A stretch of DNA of 64,000 nt. Source: Phoronis australis (Eukaryota > Animalia > Phoronida). Both the position numbers and the translations under genes were made by a program. Shown here piece after piece: positions 58,942 to 64,000 of this stretch (positions are counted from its first letter, which is position 1; each line of letters starts with the position of its first letter). The notes beneath the pieces are model-generated. The model saw nothing but the letters and a program-made list of their open reading frames with translations, was not told the origin of the DNA and ran no database searches. The stretch is from NCBI GenBank assembly GCA_002633005.1, contig NMRA01000051.1:499273-563272 (forward strand), written 5' to 3'.

Positions 58942-61900
58942 CTAGAAGCAGAAAGGCAAAATGGGTTCAAATTATAGATCTATTTCTAATTCAAAATTTC
59001 TTTCAACAAATGACGGCAACTAGACAAAGATGTGATATTTTGTCAAAGTTCGGTCCTGACAGATGAAAATAGTGAAGAAAATCAACAGACAATGAGGTCG
59101 CTTTCCCATACTTTTCAAATATGGCACTGCACGGGGATTTAACAAACATATGCACACCTGTTCTAACACCTTTTCTGTAAATATCTGTTGCAAGTGGGAT
59201 ATCTCCACTACTTTTCCTTCAATGTTTTTCACTTCGTCCACCAGAGAGTTCATCTCATTCAGTAACTGCTGGTTCTCCTCTTCAAACTGAAACATTAAAT
59301 CAGAAATGGCAGGCGTACTACAAGATATACATGCACAGACTAGGGGCAGATCCAGGATTTTTAGTTAGGGGGGGACAGGGCAGTGTATTAGCCACGGATT
59401 TTGCTAGTCAGACAGTTGCGCCTCCGAACTGCCAAATGGAATCTGGGAGTTTTAGGGAGGGCCATGGCCCCCTTGCCTCCCTCTAAATCCACCACTACAG
59501 ACAGTATTGGATTAAATTCAATATACTCTTTTTGGTGCTTTAGAGAGTACAGGAGAGAGTTAATTAAAATCATGCCATTGGAGATAACACATTCACTTTT
59601 GATCCCAACTTCAGATGCATGTGCATGTGTCGTAGCTTCATTTATCAAAGCCCAAGGTTCACAAAATGCCAGTTTTGAACCAGCCTGCTGCAATCACTGG
59701 CTATGGGCAGGTGAAACTGGCTTTTGTTTGTCTTTTTACTGACTCTGAATACCTATAATGAGGACTAACTTGTGGAGTAGATTCATTAAACATCATTAGG
59801 AATGGGTAAAGCATCATCAATCAGAGTGTATGACATCACCAATCAGTGGGTACGACTGATATAAAAAGAGAGCTTGGCTATCACGTGACTTTGTCTACGT
59901 ATAGCAGGGTGGCCATTTTGTTGTATGGAACTGAGTGTTATGGACTGTACAAACTGGCTGGATAAAAGGCCCAACTTTGAAGCTGTTTGGTTGATTTTGT
60001 GCAAAAGCGTAAAATTTTAAAAATGATTCCTAATAACGTATCTAAATGTTTCAGCCAAATTTACACATTTTTCTAGAGTCTTTACATGACCTTAACATGT
60101 TTTAGTGAAATGTGTAGTCTAACAAAGACAACAAGAGCAACGCGGAGCATTGAAATGTGCCCACGAATGCATCGCAAATGGTGTGCTTTTAGTGTTATTT
60201 ATTTATATCATAAAAATGGCCATTAGATGGCACATTGGAGCGTCCATTGGATCCACCATGAAAGTCGTCATCGTCACACTTACTAAATTTAATAAAGATC
60301 CTGCAGTAGGTTTAGGAGATACAGCTATGGGCGCAAAACAAAACAAAACTACCTCTAGGAGGCATCACAGTAGTCAATTGACATCATCAAATGTCCTCTT
60401 CCCACTCAGAACATACACACCAATTTTCAAAACCATTCCTAGAATGATTTGGTTGATAGAGGGGTGGATGCCAAAACCAAGATTTGAAAACAGCAAAAAT
60501 GGCCAATATGTGGTGCAAAATACCTCAATTCCATCCAAAAACCTTTGAAGAAACAGAGGTAAAATTGCCACTAGGTGGCACACCAATAGTCAGATCTGTC
60601 CGAAAGCCGTTGTCCTCCGTTGTTAACATCATATAAATACACTTGCTAAATTTAGTAAAGATCCTGTGAACGGCTCAGGAGCTACAGCAATAGGTGCAAA
60701 AAAGAACAAAATTCCCACTAGGAGGCGCCACAGTAGTCAAAGTCGTTGGAAAATCACCATCATCTGTCCACTTCATAGTAAGAACATACACGCCAATTTT
60801 CACAATCATCCTTTGAGCGGTTTGGTTGATAGAGGGGTGGACGCAAAAAAACAGACTCGAAAACACTAAAAATCGCCACTAGGTGGCGTAAACTACGTCG
60901 AATCCATCCGAGAATGGGAGGATAGCGTCATCTCACTAATAGATGCCTTTGTACCACATTTTTTGAAAATCCGTTGAGGACTTTTGAAGATACAGAGGTA
61001 AACGTAAAAAACTAAAATTGCCACTAGGGGGCATACTGGTAGTCGGATCTGTCCAAAAGTTGGCTCATGCCAACCCATCCATGGAAAGAACACATGTGCA
61101 AAATTTCATGAACTTACTTAAGAGGTTTTGGAGATAGAGCGGCGGACGCCGGACACCAGACGGACGGAGACGACGGCATAATACGTCCACATATAAATAT
61201 GTGGGCGCATAAAAAGAGTGTCTCAAACTTAAAGACACTGACTGCACAGACCGGGAAACCAGCTGATAAGCAAAGCCCCCAAAAACAAAATAGATATCAG
61301 TTTATGACAACTGTTGTAACAGTATTTGTAGAAAAACTTTCTTTCATCAAGATTTTTCAAGAATGAGTTTTGTTCATTTTATTTTGAAAATTGACAGCTT
61401 TTGTTACTTCAACAAAATGCATTCAATGAAACTGCCGTGACTTTTAAACTTATGCAAAACTAATGAATTACACACCATTTGTGCTTCTTCTGCAGTAAGC
61501 TCTTCTGAATCACCAAATCCTAGGTCTTCATTTTCTGAAATGTCATGACAACCATTAGCACACACCAGCAGAGAATTGTCCAGTCATCTTTATTATGATG
61601 GATAACACATGGTCAATTGTGTCTGCCATTGAGCTAAAAACATGCCCATTGTGCAATGGTGACTGGTGATGACAGAGTCACTACAATAACGGCGTACATT
61701 TAAAAGTCCAGGTGTAAGCATAAACAATCGGCAAAACATAAAAATAAACACTAGGGGGATGTTTTATCAAGTACGGTATGCAAAGTCATAGCTCAGACTG
61801 TTGTCTATATAAATTTCTATTAGTACGCAGTTAATTAATTTAAAGTGTTACACAAAGATGATCCTTTAGGCATGACTACAGACCTCAGTCAAGGTGCAAT

Positions 61901-63518
61901 GTTCAGACGAAAACAGTGTTGCATTGACAAGATATCGTGTCTGTTACTATCTCAGCTATGACCGAGTGCCTGGGGTTCATTTTATCAAAGCTGGCAAGTC
62001 CGGTATAAGCTAAGTTGGTAGTAACTTTGATTTAATTAATGACACAAAGTTCATTAATGTAAGTCTGGAAAATTAAATCTGATTACGAAAATTATTTATT
62101 TATCGCTGGTTCCAAAACATTTGTGGTCATCTGAAAATGCAGTGATGTGTTTGCAATATTGTGCTTACAACTGCCTTGGCTACAACCACACTTAAGAAAT
62201 TTGTTAAAATGGACACGTGAGTTTTTTCATAAAATGGGCTCCAGATGAAAACGTTCACTTCTAACCCTTGCGTACAAAAACAAAATTTGACATCAAAATT
62301 ACAAAATCTACAGTGAACAAACTGAACAGTGAAGATCCATAGAAACATGATTACCATCTGAAGGTGTTCTGCTTGGTTTCTCTTTCGCTATACTCATCTC
62401 TGATTTGCTTCTTTTATTTTCTGGTTCTAACCTCGATCTGAAAAAAATGCCCCAAAGTAACTAGAATTTGCTACTTAAAAGTATACAACTCCTGAACTTT
62501 TCCCAACTTTACTGACCAGTACATTACAGAAAACCTGGAACAGGATAAAAATTGCAAACCATCCATTTGCTTACCATATTATGACCTTCGCGGGCAAATA
62601 TGGGACAAGCTGCAGACACCATTTCTACACAAAAGATTTGATAAATCCCAGAATTTATTTAGGCCAACGTACCAAAATGTCCAGGTTTGCGTTCCGTAGA
62701 TGCAAGACACTTGCCAGTAAAGCAAGAGTGACCATGGACTTTGATTGATATCTCACAATCACTTGTGTGATCTTGTGTATTTTTGTGAATTTCTTGCCTC
62801 CACACAAAGTAGCTCTGGATTAAGGTGCATGCTCTTACAAGCCAAACTTTGAATGAGTAAAAGCAAGGAACAAAATTTTGAGCATACCATTTGAGTGAAA
62901 CTCGACTCAAAAGACATCCGTTATGTAAACATCAGTCTATCTTGACATAACTTCTAGCATTAACTATATGAAGAATATTAAAAATAGACAAAAGATACTC
63001 ATAAAACAATATGAATACAGAGGATTGTCACCTGTGTCTGAAAGTGAAATTTAGCTGCATGTGTCTCTGAACGAAACAGTTGACCAAAAATTTTTTAAAT
63101 GACTAGTGTGTTCAGGCACATTAGCCTATAAATGCTCATATATGGTAAGATATGCAAAATGGCATTCAGAGACAAGACAGTACAGATGGACAAAATGTTC
63201 TTATTGATACACGAACAGCAATGCATCTGTCTGACATATACCCATAATTCAATAAGTTTGTTACGTACATCCTTTTCCTGTCAACTGCTCTCTTCACCCT
63301 CACAACACGCTGTTCACTGTATATATGGTAAGATATGCAAAATGGCATTCAGAGACAAGACAGTACAGATGGACAAAATGTTCTTATTGATACACGAACA
63401 GCAATGCATCTGTCTGACATATACCCATAATTCAATAAGTTTGTTACGTACATCCTTTTCCTGTCAACTGCTCTCTTCACCCTCACAGCACGCTGTTCAC
63501 TGTATATCCTACATACTT
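58765..63518 (-). CDS. STX18: Syntaxin-18 (ER Qa-SNARE), 3' five exons; the rest lies right of the window
   Basis: Exons 63518-63452, 62437-62355, 61534-61476, 59286-59158, 58941-58765, all phase-compatible. [90 protein letters not shown]. Confidence 0.95.
59158..59286 (-). CDS. STX18: STX18 exon
   Basis: [43 protein letters not shown]. Confidence 0.96.
60131..61215 (-). mobile_element. HINE/DINE-1-like element, copy 2, with internal tandem units
   Basis: Same termini as 49635-50448 (ACAAGAGCAACGC... and ...GTCCACATATAAATATGTGGGCGCATAAAAA); high identity over the last ~430 bp. Confidence 0.8.
61476..61534 (-). CDS. STX18: STX18 exon
   Basis: [19 protein letters not shown]. Confidence 0.85.
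62355..62437 (-). CDS. STX18: STX18 exon
   Basis: [14 protein letters not shown]...; phase 2-1. Confidence 0.82.
63139..63506. repeat. 183-bp tandem duplication including most of an STX18 exon and its donor
   Basis: 63141 and 63324 start near-identical units. Confidence 0.92.
63452..63518 (-). CDS. STX18: STX18 exon
   Basis: [21 protein letters not shown]. Confidence 0.93.
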
Positions 63519-64000
63519 CTGAAATATCAGAATGCCCAATGCGATTAGTTGGAATTAGGCCAACACTTTAAAAAAATTGAATTTTGTTTAAATTACTGTG
63601 CAAAGGTTTAGAACTGAATCAAAATTTTAAGGTTAAAAAAATGAATAAAAAATGCTTCAATTAGAAATTGAAACGCCAAGTTATGACATCACTGACTGTG
63701 ACTGGCATGTACTGCTGTTGGCTACTGAATTACTGCAAAATCCAGCTTTAAGTCTGATAGTTTGATTTTATCATTGATAGAGAAATGCTTACAAGACCAG
63801 TTCATACTTTAAGTAATAAAATTTGTAGCCGAGTAAAAAATTTAATCAAGAAGCATGTTTCACCTTAAAATTCTCACAGTAAAAACTGACTTATCTAAGA
63901 TGTCATAAAGGGAGACACAACCACAATTTTTAATTGCAGAAGGAAACGTCTGCATAAGCCTCTGAAATGGAATACTAATGGCGTTTTTTAGTTTGTATTT

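Noticed and set aside
63132-63548. 138-aa ORF with a perfect internal repeat
   Set aside because: Antisense reading of the 183-bp tandem duplication.

Overview
Invertebrate animal (bilaterian) nuclear DNA from a draft assembly with N gaps. It holds four intron-rich genes whose exons I spliced by hand. NOP56 (+, 10 coding exons 585-10230; first ATG exon probably left of the window). LDB/Chip LIM-domain-binding cofactor (+, 16632-34103, about 373 aa, including a candidate 21-nt microexon and an alternative first exon). SCARB2/LIMP-2-like CD36-family receptor (-, 53666-38684, 12 exons, about 518 aa). The 3' part of syntaxin-18 (-, 63518-58765). Introns carry many non-autonomous elements: a tRNA-headed SINE, a 5'-truncated LINE, two HINE/DINE-1-like elements, several MITEs, a possible LTR, and tandem repeats. 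Two duplications flank single Ns and look like both haplotypes assembled side by side. Most notable: (1) the SINE and LINE share a covarying three-way-junction 3' tail; (2) NOP56 introns contain long hairpins, one beside the donor of the intron matching the vertebrate SNORD86 autoregulatory intron; (3) LDB has a UGC-preceded microexon. Most ORFs in the supplied track are non-coding noise. No database searches or folding programs were run; identifications rest on recalled protein sequences and splice-phase consistency.
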